From NCBI GenBank assembly GCA_963665525.1, contig OY762280.1, forward strand, positions 3,664,034-3,728,033: DNA of 64,000 nucleotides. Direction: 5' to 3'. This stretch comes from Bacteroidales bacterium. GTDB lineage: Bacteria > Bacteroidota > Bacteroidia > Bacteroidales > UBA12077. The stretch's first letter is position 1; each line of letters starts with the position of its first letter. Below the pieces are notes generated by a model, which had not been told where the DNA came from, ran no database searches, and saw only the letters and a program-made list of their open reading frames with translations. This document shows, piece by piece, positions 20,616 to 29,961 of the stretch. A program made the translations under genes and the position numbers.

Positions 20616-21461
20616 CTATTCAAATGAAAGCGCTATTCCTACAGAAATAGGATATAATTCTGGTCCTTTATCCTTTTCAAAAAGTGGAGTAAAGTAATAT
20701 GTTCCATAAATTAACCAGTCACCTACACCAATTCGCGCATGTACACCATATCTAAAAGGAGATAAGTTAAAATCATCTTTTGTTTTATCTTTATTTTTAT
20801 CTCCATTTTCCTTATAAACAACTTTTGTATTAGAACCTAATTTAACACCTCCTATAGCGCCTGCTGAGAATACTACTCCATTGTGTGAATATGATGAAGA
20901 ATGCCATTCAAGCAATAATGGTAATGTTGCATAAGTTGTAGATAACTTGGATTTTTCAATGTTCCAGTTTGGCTGTGTTATGGAAAGATCTACTTCTTCA
21001 ATCACTCCAGTTGTTGGATTTTCCTGGATGGAATTATCATTATCAAAACGATAATAGTTCCATTCAATACCTAAACCTGTTACCAAGCCAAATTTATTAT
21101 TAATTAAATTTATACTGTACTGAGCAAAGTTAACATTCATGTTCCATGATTTTCCAGTATTTAAATCCATATATTCCTCTCCCAACTCACGACTCAAAGA
21201 AAAATCTTTATCCACAAAGTTGCTTAATCCCATGGAAAAGCTTGCCCATGAACCTTTAAATCTGTCATCATCGTCCCACATCCAATCCCAGTCTTTATCT
21301 CTTTTATGCTTCTTTACATAAATTTGAGTTTCACCATTATCTTCAATAATTTTTACTGTTTTTCTTTTAAACCGGATATTGGTTGTATCATTGTTTTCTT
21401 CTTGTGCAAAAACACTTAATGTAATCATTAAGGTAATTAATATTAGTGCTATCTTTTTCAT
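20616..21461 (-). CDS. Outer-membrane beta-barrel protein
   Basis: Signal peptide, alternating aromatic strands, ends ISVGIALSFE. Confidence 0.8.
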   Translation of the reverse strand: MKKIALILITLMITLSVFAQEENNDTTNIRFKRKTVKIIEDNGETQIYVKKHKRDKDWDWMWDDDDRFKGSWASFSMGLSNFVDKDFSLSRELGEEYMDLNTGKSWNMNVNFAQYSINLINNKFGLVTGLGIEWNYYRFDNDNSIQENPTTGVIEEVDLSITQPNWNIEKSKLSTTYATLPLLLEWHSSSYSHNGVVFSAGAIGGVKLGSNTKVVYKENGDKNKDKTKDDFNLSPFRYGVHARIGVGDWLIYGTYYFTPLFEKDKGPELYPISVGIALSFE

Positions 21462-21507
21462 AATTCTAAATTTTTAATTTCTACTTCAATAATTTTGTTT
21501 CTTCTAC

Positions 21508-21534
21508 GACGGCTATCCCCTCCAAATTGTTACA
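21508..21534 (-). promoter_or_regulatory. ECF-type promoter TGTAAC-N17-CGTC upstream of the beta-barrel gene
   Basis: Minus strand TGTAAC aatttggaggggatagc CGTC. Confidence 0.7.
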
Positions 21535-21541
21535 GAAGTTT

Positions 21542-22624
21542 CTAATCTTTTTTTATCGGCGCTGAAAATGCTACTAATCGAGAGTTGAATTCCGTTTTTT
21601 GAGCAATCCCTTTTTCATCATATACCCTCTCTAAAGTCATTTTACCACCTGTTAATTTATTGATTCCTTCTACTCCGGCCTGAGCTATATCAAAAAATTG
21701 CAGCTTATTTTTATCTTTTTTATTTAAAACTCTTTTGTTAACTCGCGATGCCAAATATGTTTTTAAGGATATATATTCCTCTTGAGAATTCGTCTGAACG
21801 ATTTCAATATCTGTCTTAATATCTACTATATCAACTTGTTTATTATCTTGAGCAAAATTATACTCTACTTTAATCGGCTCTAATTGTGCAAGACTACTAT
21901 ACTCTTTTTGATCCATTATTATCTCTTGAGCCTCCACAGTCTGTTCATTTTTTTCTTCACTAATTTGTATTACTGTAAGTCTTTGTAAAGAATCATCGCT
22001 TTTTTTCTCTTCTTGCAACTCTGCTACATCTGTTTCTTCAACAGCAGCTTTCTCCTGTTCAACTTTTGATGCTGACTCTGTTACTTTTGCAATTGGGGCC
22101 TTTATTTCATTCGTATTATTCTTAGGAACAAATACATAAAGTGAAATTAAGATTATAACAGAAGCAGCTGCAGATACTATCGCAAAGTAGTTTCTTCTAA
22201 AAAACCCTTTTTCAGTTCTTCTTAGAGCATATTTGCCATCAAATTCTATAGACTTATCAGCTTTAATTTTTGTTAGTTGATACAATTCAAACTCTTTTTG
22301 TTTTTTTGCATCCTTTTGAATGTATTGTTCAAAATCACTTGCTTCCTTTTTAGTAAGATCGTTTTCTATTCGAGCTATACATAATTGATCAAAATTACTG
22401 CTGGCAACTCCCGATAGTAAATCTTCTTTTTGTAAAACTGATTTGTTTTTATATACTAAATCATCTTGTGAAATAGTTTCTTCCTCATAAAGTTCAATCT
22501 CAGCCTTTATATCAGGATTTTGATCTAAAAATGACATAAACAGATTTTCTATCGAATAAGAAAGATTTCCTTCGATAAAATCAAGAATATATTCTTCGTA
22601 ATTATTTCTGTTAATGTCTATCAT
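21542..22624 (-). CDS. Putative anti-sigma factor
   Basis: Directly downstream of the ECF sigma. Duplicated N-terminal NYEEYILDFIEGNLS / FDQLCIARIENDL motif, single TM (AIVSAAASVIILISL). Confidence 0.75.
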   Translation of the reverse strand: MIDINRNNYEEYILDFIEGNLSYSIENLFMSFLDQNPDIKAEIELYEEETISQDDLVYKNKSVLQKEDLLSGVASSNFDQLCIARIENDLTKKEASDFEQYIQKDAKKQKEFELYQLTKIKADKSIEFDGKYALRRTEKGFFRRNYFAIVSAAASVIILISLYVFVPKNNTNEIKAPIAKVTESASKVEQEKAAVEETDVAELQEEKKSDDSLQRLTVIQISEEKNEQTVEAQEIIMDQKEYSSLAQLEPIKVEYNFAQDNKQVDIVDIKTDIEIVQTNSQEEYISLKTYLASRVNKRVLNKKDKNKLQFFDIAQAGVEGINKLTGGKMTLERVYDEKGIAQKTEFNSRLVAFSAPIKKD

Positions 22625-22638
22625 TTATACTGCTTTTT

Positions 22639-23124
22639 CTAAACTAATGCTTCAATACTTCCTAAATATTTTTTGAGTGCTAACCGCCCCCTGTAAATGT
22701 ATACTTTAACCTGAGATTCCGATAAATCGGTAATTTCAGCAATTTCATTGTAGGCATATCCTTCATAATCACGTAATAAAATAACAGATCTTTGAACATC
22801 AGGTAATTTATTTAATGCTTCATCTAACACTTCACTTAATCCATTATAACTATCTGTATATATACCTAATTCATCATTATATTCATTCAGATTAGTAATT
22901 CGTTTATTTTTCCTAATCTTATCAATCATTGTATGATATGCTGTAGAAAATAAATAAGATTTAACTTTAGAAAAGGTAACATCAGAAGCCCTGATCCATA
23001 ATTTTTCATAGGTATCCTGTATAATATCTTTCGCTTCATCTTCTTGTTTAATGTTTTTCAAGATAAATCGATAAATACCATCAGAATACAGATTAATACT
23101 CTTATTATATTCTTCTACAGTCAT
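22639..23124 (-). CDS. ECF RNA polymerase sigma factor
   Basis: AKDIIQDTYEKLW, KSYLFSTAYH (region 2); LPDVQRSVILLRDYEGYAYNEIAEI..VKVYIYRGR (region 4). Confidence 0.95.
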   Translation of the reverse strand: MTVEEYNKSINLYSDGIYRFILKNIKQEDEAKDIIQDTYEKLWIRASDVTFSKVKSYLFSTAYHTMIDKIRKNKRITNLNEYNDELGIYTDSYNGLSEVLDEALNKLPDVQRSVILLRDYEGYAYNEIAEITDLSESQVKVYIYRGRLALKKYLGSIEALV

Positions 23125-23150
23125 TAAAAATTACTCAAATTCGAAAGTAG

Positions 23151-23176
23151 GACGTTTATGTTCTCTAAAAGTTACA
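23151..23176 (-). promoter_or_regulatory. Probable autoregulatory ECF promoter TGTAAC-N16-CGTC
   Basis: Minus strand TGTAAC ttttagagaacataaa CGTC, 26 bp upstream of the sigma start. Confidence 0.78.
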
Positions 23177-23225
23177 AGCGAAATTAAATTTTTTCTAGAT
23201 TTGTTAAAAATTTAAACCTCTCAAT

Positions 23226-24017
23226 ATGAAAAAATCATTGTTTTTAATTCTTGGAATAGTAATTCTGTTTAGCTCATGCAAAGAGAATACGTATGACGAA
23301 AGTAAATCACAAGACCATTTAATTATGGCAACATTGTGGTATCAGAAATCTGCTGAAATGAAAGCACTTTATTACCAATGTTTTAATTGGGCTAAGGTTC
23401 AGGTTAATTCAGAATTTACTAAAGATAATTCAAGAAACATGGCTGTAGTTGTTGATATTGATGAAACAATGCTAGACAATAGTCCTTTTGAAGCTAACTG
23501 TATACAAACAGGGGTAGGATATACCAAAGAAAGCTGGAGCGAATGGACACATATGATCAATGCAAAAGCACTACCAGGAGCTGTTGAGTTTTCAAAGTAT
23601 GCTCAATCACTAGGAGTAGAGGTATTTTATATCTCGAATCGAAGTGTTGATGATTTTGATGTTACTTTAAAAAATCTCCAAAATGAAAACTTTGCCTATG
23701 CCGATAGTTCACATTTATTGCTTAAAACAAATACCAGCAGTAAAAAAGCTCGCCGAGATTTTGTAAAAGAAAATTATGAAATCATATTATTGATAGGTGA
23801 CAATATGGGTGATTTTGATGAGATTTTTGAAGATAGATCAGACAATTTCGGATTTAATACGGTTGAAGAATACAAAGAATCATTCGGCACTAAATTTATT
23901 GTATTACCTAACCCAATGTATGGAGGTTGGGAAAGTGAAGTGTTTGATAATAATCGCGATTTAAGCAACGAAGAAAAATATCATAAGAGAAAGGAAAATC
24001 TTATAAAGTACAATTAA
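23226..24017 (+). CDS. Class C acid phosphatase / 5'-nucleotidase lipoprotein, e(P4) family
   Basis: Lipobox FSSC, WYQKSAE, DIDETMLDNS, YISNR, IGDNMGDF, LPNPMYGGWE. Confidence 0.93.
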   Translation: MKKSLFLILGIVILFSSCKENTYDESKSQDHLIMATLWYQKSAEMKALYYQCFNWAKVQVNSEFTKDNSRNMAVVVDIDETMLDNSPFEANCIQTGVGYTKESWSEWTHMINAKALPGAVEFSKYAQSLGVEVFYISNRSVDDFDVTLKNLQNENFAYADSSHLLLKTNTSSKKARRDFVKENYEIILLIGDNMGDFDEIFEDRSDNFGFNTVEEYKESFGTKFIVLPNPMYGGWESEVFDNNRDLSNEEKYHKRKENLIKYN

Positions 24018-26845
24018 TCAAAGTGTTTACTTAGTAAATTATATAGCATTTCTCTTTTAATAGGTTTAGCTATATAATCATCACAGCCCTCATTCATACT
24101 ATTTTCTCTTTCACCGGAAAGAGCATATGCTGTTTGTGCAATAACCGGCACCTTCTTATTGTATGCTTTAATTAGTTTGGTTGCCTCATATCCATTAATG
24201 CCAGGAAGCTGTATGTCCATGAGCACCAAATCAAAATCAATATCTTGCTTAAACAGGTCTATAGCCTCTTTTCCACTTTTTGCCCAGAACATTTTAATAC
24301 CAGATGGTTTTAAAAACTTTTCAATCAAATGATAATTTGAAGGAGTGTCCTCAACAATTAATATGGTTTTATTAGACCAATCAACAGCTTTAACTGCTTG
24401 AATTTCCTTGTTTTCTTCTTTTTCTGGATGATCTAGAATCTGATATGGTAAGGTAAAATAAAATTCAGAACCTTCTCCTTCTTTTGAATCAACACCAATG
24501 TGTCCTCCTAGTAAATCAATAAGTTTTTTTGATATGGCTAAACCTAATCCAGTCCCTTTGTATAATTTTGTTCTATCATCCATAAGCTGATTAAAGCGAT
24601 CAAATATCATATTGAGTTTTTCCTCCGGTATCCCAAGTCCTGTATCTCTAACATAAAATTTAAGTAGTTTTCTGCCACCCTGAATCATTTGAGTATATCC
24701 AATTGTAATCTCCCCAAAATCAGTAAATTTAATCGCATTACTCATAAAATTACTCATGATTTGAGTAAACCTTAACTTATCAGTAAAAATGGCTAATTTA
24801 TCCGATTGATCCTCTAAATCAATTTTGAGCGATAAATTGGTCTTTTGCAAGAAAATCGCATCTCTAATATAAATATTATAAATGCCTTTTAATAAACCAT
24901 TCACATAATTTAAGGATTTATTAATGACCAACTCATCGGCTTCTATTTTTGAAATATCAATAATATCATTAACAATATTTAATAAATTATCACTGCTCGA
25001 TTGAGCAAGATCAACAATTTCATTTTTTTGATCTTGTGTTATATCAGGATCTCCGAGCAGATTAACAAATCCAATAATGGCATTCATCGGTGTGCGAATT
25101 TCATGCGACATATTTGCCAAGAATGCTGATTTTAAACGATCTGACCGTTCTGCTTTTTCTTTTGCATTTTTTAACTTCTCCTCAGATAGTTTCCTTTCGT
25201 AAATATTTCTACTAAAAACAAAGTTAAATTCTTCTCCTTCGAATTCTCTAAAATTAAATGCTGCCTCCACAGGTATTTCATTACCCATTCGTGTTTTATA
25301 GTAAAGCTGAATTACATACGATCCCTTTTCCTTTAAATGATTCCAATATTCAGCCCAGGCATCTTCAGAAAACTCTAACACCAAATCAAAGATCGACATG
25401 TTAACCAGATCTTCAGAACTATAATCTAGCATGGTAGAAGCCGACTTGTTAACATAATAAATATCCCCATTTTTCTTAATCCAAAAAATAGCATCCCCAG
25501 CCATATCAATTGAGAATTGAGCAATGCGTAATTCTGATGTTTTCTTATGAACACGCAAATCCAGCTCTTTATTAATTTTTTGAATTTTCTTGCTTTTTTT
25601 CTTAATTAACTTATTTTGTCGAATAATCATTATTAAGAAAACGACAACAGCAAGCAATACAATCAAAGTAAGAATAATCTGTGAACGCTGAATAATAATT
25701 TTCCGATTCTGGTCAATAAGTTCTTTTTCTCTTTTAATATTTTCATATCGAACCAGGTATTCCTCAATCTTTTGATTCGACAAAGCTTCATAAACAGAAT
25801 CTTTTAAAGCATTATATCCTTTATAACTTAGGTATGCATCTTTATAATCACTTATTTGATAATATGCTTCCGATAATAATTCATAGTTAACAACTAGTCT
25901 TTGCTTAAAATTATTTTCTAATGATATTTTTTGTCCTTTAACTAAATTAGCAATGGCTTTATCATACTGCCCCATTCGAATATATACATCACCTAAATAA
26001 TTATAAACTTCTGTCATACCATGTAAATAATCCAAGGTAATCCACATTTCTAATGCTTCATTAAAATATTCAATTGCTTTTTCATACTCTTCAGCCTCAA
26101 TATATGCGTCTCCTATATTACCTAGAGTATTAGCAATACCATATTGATTATTCTGTATTCTTTTTATTTCTAATGATCTGTTTAGATATTCCAAAGCTAG
26201 ATTTATATTACCCTTATCCCGAAATATCATACCAATATTATTATAAGCTTTGGCAATACCGTCACTGTCATTTACTTCTCTATAAATAATAAGAGATTTT
26301 TGATAATTATCTAATGCCAGACTCTGATTCCCTAAATAATAATATACTGCTCCAATATCCTTGAGTGCTTCGGCCTTTAACACCCTGTTATCTGTTTTCT
26401 CATAAATTAACATGGCTTCCTGGAATAGATTAATAGCCTGATCGTAATTACTAAATCGAATCTGGTTTAATCCTAAGGTATGTTTAATGTCAGCTATTTG
26501 ATCATCGGATAATTCCGAATAAAATTGACTTAGCAAATTTTTAAATACATTTTCAGAATTTTCGAAATACGCATTGTCAAAATACAAATGCCCCAAGAGT
26601 ATTAATGCTTTTATTTGTTTGTCAGAATCCTTTAAACTATCTGCCTTTCTATTAGCATCACGAAGTGCTTTTTCAACTGAATCAAAATTTTTAACTTTAT
26701 TCTCTCTTGCCTGATTATATAAATAATCGTTTGATCTTATTTCAATATTATTCACAATGGTATCCGCTTCGTTAAGCTTCTTATTGTTTGCATAAATGTT
26801 TGAAAATGTTAAAAAAAGACTAATAATAATAAGTTTCATTTTCAT
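24014..26845 (-). CDS. Hybrid sensor kinase (TPR-TM-PAS-HisKA-HATPase-REC)
   Basis: TPR repeats, TM, PAS (DAIFW..YVNKSA), FLANMSHEIRTPMN, GTGLGLAI, VLMDIQLP receiver. Confidence 0.93.
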   Translation of the reverse strand: MKMKLIIISLFLTFSNIYANNKKLNEADTIVNNIEIRSNDYLYNQARENKVKNFDSVEKALRDANRKADSLKDSDKQIKALILLGHLYFDNAYFENSENVFKNLLSQFYSELSDDQIADIKHTLGLNQIRFSNYDQAINLFQEAMLIYEKTDNRVLKAEALKDIGAVYYYLGNQSLALDNYQKSLIIYREVNDSDGIAKAYNNIGMIFRDKGNINLALEYLNRSLEIKRIQNNQYGIANTLGNIGDAYIEAEEYEKAIEYFNEALEMWITLDYLHGMTEVYNYLGDVYIRMGQYDKAIANLVKGQKISLENNFKQRLVVNYELLSEAYYQISDYKDAYLSYKGYNALKDSVYEALSNQKIEEYLVRYENIKREKELIDQNRKIIIQRSQIILTLIVLLAVVVFLIMIIRQNKLIKKKSKKIQKINKELDLRVHKKTSELRIAQFSIDMAGDAIFWIKKNGDIYYVNKSASTMLDYSSEDLVNMSIFDLVLEFSEDAWAEYWNHLKEKGSYVIQLYYKTRMGNEIPVEAAFNFREFEGEEFNFVFSRNIYERKLSEEKLKNAKEKAERSDRLKSAFLANMSHEIRTPMNAIIGFVNLLGDPDITQDQKNEIVDLAQSSSDNLLNIVNDIIDISKIEADELVINKSLNYVNGLLKGIYNIYIRDAIFLQKTNLSLKIDLEDQSDKLAIFTDKLRFTQIMSNFMSNAIKFTDFGEITIGYTQMIQGGRKLLKFYVRDTGLGIPEEKLNMIFDRFNQLMDDRTKLYKGTGLGLAISKKLIDLLGGHIGVDSKEGEGSEFYFTLPYQILDHPEKEENKEIQAVKAVDWSNKTILIVEDTPSNYHLIEKFLKPSGIKMFWAKSGKEAIDLFKQDIDFDLVLMDIQLPGINGYEATKLIKAYNKKVPVIAQTAYALSGERENSMNEGCDDYIAKPIKREMLYNLLSKHFD

Positions 26846-26930
26846 ATTTAGATTGGCAAGAATTAAACACCTAAAAATTAAGTAATTATTTCAACTATAA
26901 CTAAGTTTTTTAAAAAAATATTCAAAATTA

Positions 26931-26963
26931 TTTGCATTTAATATATTTTAGTCTTTATCTTTG
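26931..26963 (+). promoter_or_regulatory. Primary-sigma promoter of the tetR operon
   Basis: TTTG (26931-34), 21-bp spacer, TATCTTTG (26956-63). Confidence 0.7.
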
Positions 26964-26979
26964 ACCAACCGTTCATTCA
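26962..26979. promoter_or_regulatory. Putative TetR operator 1
   Basis: TGACCAACCGTTCATTCA; imperfect palindrome over the predicted TSS, 15/18 identical to operator 2. Confidence 0.65.
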
Positions 26980-27007
26980 TTAAAACGGTTTTTAAAGAAT
27001 TATTTTT

Positions 27008-27025
27008 TGACTAAACGTTCAATCA
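27008..27025. promoter_or_regulatory. Putative TetR operator 2
   Basis: TGACTAAACGTTCAATCA, 6 bp before the tetR ATG. Confidence 0.65.
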
Positions 27026-27031
27026 TATATC

Positions 27032-27682
27032 ATGCCAAGAACACCTGAACAATTCGAAGAGATAAGGGAAGAAAAAAAGAAACTTATAACACAAGTTGCC
27101 CTTGAGCTTTTTGCTAACGATGGTTATCATACAACATCCATCAGTAAAATAGCAAAAAAAGCAGGAATATCTAAAGGATTAATGTATAACTACTTTAAAA
27201 GCAAAGAAGACTTATTAGCAAATATCTTTAATGATATTATGAATAAAACCATGGATATGCTTGATCCTAATCACGATGATGAAATTACAATACAAGAAGC
27301 CGAAGAATTTTTTGAAAGATTTTTTGATGTTTTAACTTCTAATCCACAAGAATGGAGATTGTTTTATCAATTATCAGTTCAACCAGAAGTTATGGGCTTA
27401 TTAGTTCAAGAAAGCTGGTCTAAAAAAGTACAACATAATCAAGAAATTATTCTTGATTATTTCGCGCGACAGAATTTTGAAGATCCTGAATTAACTATAG
27501 TATTATTTGCTTCAATTTTTAAAGGTTTTGCATTAATGTACGCTTTTGCTCCGGAAATGTTTTCAAAAGAGATTATCCAAAAGTTAAAAAATCAAATGAA
27601 AGAAATGTTTGTAAACAAAGATCCAAATAATAAAGGGGACAAAATTGAGCTAGACGAAAAATTAGGTTATTACTTATTATAA
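27032..27682 (+). CDS. TetR/AcrR family regulator
   Basis: ALELFANDGYHTTSISKIAKKAGISKGLMYNYFKSKEDLL HTH. Confidence 0.95.
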   Translation: MPRTPEQFEEIREEKKKLITQVALELFANDGYHTTSISKIAKKAGISKGLMYNYFKSKEDLLANIFNDIMNKTMDMLDPNHDDEITIQEAEEFFERFFDVLTSNPQEWRLFYQLSVQPEVMGLLVQESWSKKVQHNQEIILDYFARQNFEDPELTIVLFASIFKGFALMYAFAPEMFSKEIIQKLKNQMKEMFVNKDPNNKGDKIELDEKLGYYLL

Positions 27683-27724
27683 ATATGAACACCAAACTAT
27701 AATTAAAATATAAAAATTAAAGCA

Positions 27725-28471
27725 ATGAAAACAAGTTTGTTACTACTAGGATTAATTATTTCTTCAGCTTTTGTAAACGCACAAAATGCAACAGAAATAA
27801 TTAAAAAAGCCGACGAAAAATGGAATGGCGAGAAATCAAGTCAGGGAACAATGACTATGACTATTGTGCGACCGACTTGGGAACGAACTATTCAATTTAA
27901 AATTTGGACATTAGAGAGAGATTATTCAATGACATTGATAACCTCCCCTGCTAAAGAAAAAGGACAAGCATTTCTAAAACGAGAAACTGAAATGTGGAAT
28001 TGGATGCCAAACATTAGCAGAATGATAAAGCTGCCCCCTTCTATGATGGCCGATGGATGGATGGGCTCTGATTACACCAACGATGATATCTTAAAAGAAT
28101 CGTCGATGGTTGTTGACTTTACACACAAAATTATTGGCTCAGAAACTATTGACGGCTGGGATTGCTGGAAAATAGAAATGCTCCCCAAAGAAGATGCTGC
28201 CATAGTTTGGGGTAAAATCATTCGATGGGTAAGTAAAGAAGAGTTTTTGATGATGAAATCTGAATATTATGATGAAGATGAATTTTTGGTTAAAACAGAA
28301 CTTGGCATGGACGTTAAAGTGATGGATGACCGAAAAATACCTTCAAAAATAGAAATCATTCCCGCAGATAAAGAAGATCAGAAAACCATCTTAACAATTG
28401 ACGAAATAAAATTTAACGTCTCCATTCAAAATTCTTTCTTCTCACAACAAAACATGAAAAGATTGAGATAA
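27725..28471 (+). CDS. LolA-like outer-membrane lipoprotein-sorting protein
   Basis: Signal peptide, PAKEKGQAFLK..MWNWMP..RMIKLPPSMM..WMGSDYTNDD. Confidence 0.88.
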   Translation: MKTSLLLLGLIISSAFVNAQNATEIIKKADEKWNGEKSSQGTMTMTIVRPTWERTIQFKIWTLERDYSMTLITSPAKEKGQAFLKRETEMWNWMPNISRMIKLPPSMMADGWMGSDYTNDDILKESSMVVDFTHKIIGSETIDGWDCWKIEMLPKEDAAIVWGKIIRWVSKEEFLMMKSEYYDEDEFLVKTELGMDVKVMDDRKIPSKIEIIPADKEDQKTILTIDEIKFNVSIQNSFFSQQNMKRLR

Positions 28472-28496
28472 TACGAATTATTTAATTTATAAAGCA

Positions 28497-29912
28497 ATGA
28501 AAAAAACATTTATAATGGCCTGGAGAAATATTTGGAGAAATAAGAGGCGAACTCTTATTACCATTGCATCTATTTTCTTCGCTGTATTCTTTGCTGTGGT
28601 TATGCGTTCGTTTCAACTTGGAACCTACGATCATATGATACATCAAGCAATAGAATCATTTTCCGGCTACATACAAATTCAAGATAAGGATTTCTTCGAT
28701 GATCCTACACTCGATAATAGTCTTCAGTATAATAATGAGCTAATGCAATCTGTAAGTCAAGTTGAAAATGTAAAAATTACGGTTCCAAGAATCGAATCGT
28801 TTGCCTTAGCCTCAACAGGTGTGCAATCAAAAGGTGTTCTTGTAACAGGTATTGATCCTATAAAAGAAAAATCTTTATCAGATCCTGAGAATAGGGTGGT
28901 TTGCTATCGCTTTACTGCTGAAATTGTCGATAAAATTTTAAAGGAAACTCAATTATCAGATAAGCAAAAGGACTTATTAAAATCAAACGAAACACAATCG
29001 TACAGTTCTTTGGCAAGAATCTCTCTTGATCTTGCTTTGAAAAAGAATCAGGAAGCAGGGGTTTTTTCAATCATAGAAAAGTATGCTGCATTTAAAGGCG
29101 ATTATTTAAAATCAAACGATGATGGTATTTTAATATCTGATCGCTTATCAAGGTTTTTAAAAGCGAACGTAGGAGATACTGTGGTTCTAATGGGCGCTGG
29201 ATATCATGGCACAACTGCTGCTAATGTTTTCCCTGTAAGAGGTATTGTGAAAATTCTTTCGCCCGAACTAGATAATAAGCTGGTTTATATGACACTTGAG
29301 AAAGCACAAGAGTTTTTTAACCTCGAAAATAGAATCACATCATTAAACATTAATCTCCAAAATACAGGAGATATGATTGAAACACAAGAAGCTCTTAAAA
29401 ACACTATAGAATCAGACGAATATGCTATAAAAACATGGGAAGAGTTTAATCCTACCATGAAACAACAAATCGAAGGCGATAGTGTTGGAGGTGTAATCTT
29501 TATTGGAATACTTTATTTTATTGTTCTGTTTGGAATCATTGGAACAGTATTAATGATGATTGCTGAGCGTAAGCGTGAACTAGGAGTGATGGTTGCAATA
29601 GGCATGTCAAAAATAAAACTCAGTTTTGTTTTGGTTATTGAAATGCTTCTATTAGGACTTATAGGTATGCTAACCGGATTAGGAGCTTCTGTTCCATTTA
29701 TTATTTTAGGTAATCATAATCCTATAAAAATGACTGGTGAAATGGCTAAAATGTACGAAGATATGGGATTTGATCCTGTGATGCCACTTGCATGGTTCGA
29801 TCAATACTTTGTTTGGCAAGGAGTTATCATCATGATCATGGTTTTATTTGCTTGCTACTTACCATTAAGAAGGGTTAGGCGAATGCAGGTAATAAAAGCC
29901 TTACGCGCATAA
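28497..29912 (+). CDS. LolC/E (FtsX-like) ABC permease 1
   Basis: MAWRNIWRNKRRTLIT; ERKRELGVMVAIGM; carries an apparent ~63-aa periplasmic insertion. Confidence 0.9.
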   Translation: MKKTFIMAWRNIWRNKRRTLITIASIFFAVFFAVVMRSFQLGTYDHMIHQAIESFSGYIQIQDKDFFDDPTLDNSLQYNNELMQSVSQVENVKITVPRIESFALASTGVQSKGVLVTGIDPIKEKSLSDPENRVVCYRFTAEIVDKILKETQLSDKQKDLLKSNETQSYSSLARISLDLALKKNQEAGVFSIIEKYAAFKGDYLKSNDDGILISDRLSRFLKANVGDTVVLMGAGYHGTTAANVFPVRGIVKILSPELDNKLVYMTLEKAQEFFNLENRITSLNINLQNTGDMIETQEALKNTIESDEYAIKTWEEFNPTMKQQIEGDSVGGVIFIGILYFIVLFGIIGTVLMMIAERKRELGVMVAIGMSKIKLSFVLVIEMLLLGLIGMLTGLGASVPFIILGNHNPIKMTGEMAKMYEDMGFDPVMPLAWFDQYFVWQGVIIMIMVLFACYLPLRRVRRMQVIKALRA

Positions 29913-29961
29913 ATAACATTAATAATCAAACCTGGATTTTCCAGGCTCAACATATAAAATT

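Noticed and set aside
29931-29945. Short hairpin CCTGGA-TTT-TCCAGG between the two permease genes
   Set aside because: Only a 6-bp stem, single copy and no U-tail; too weak to call.
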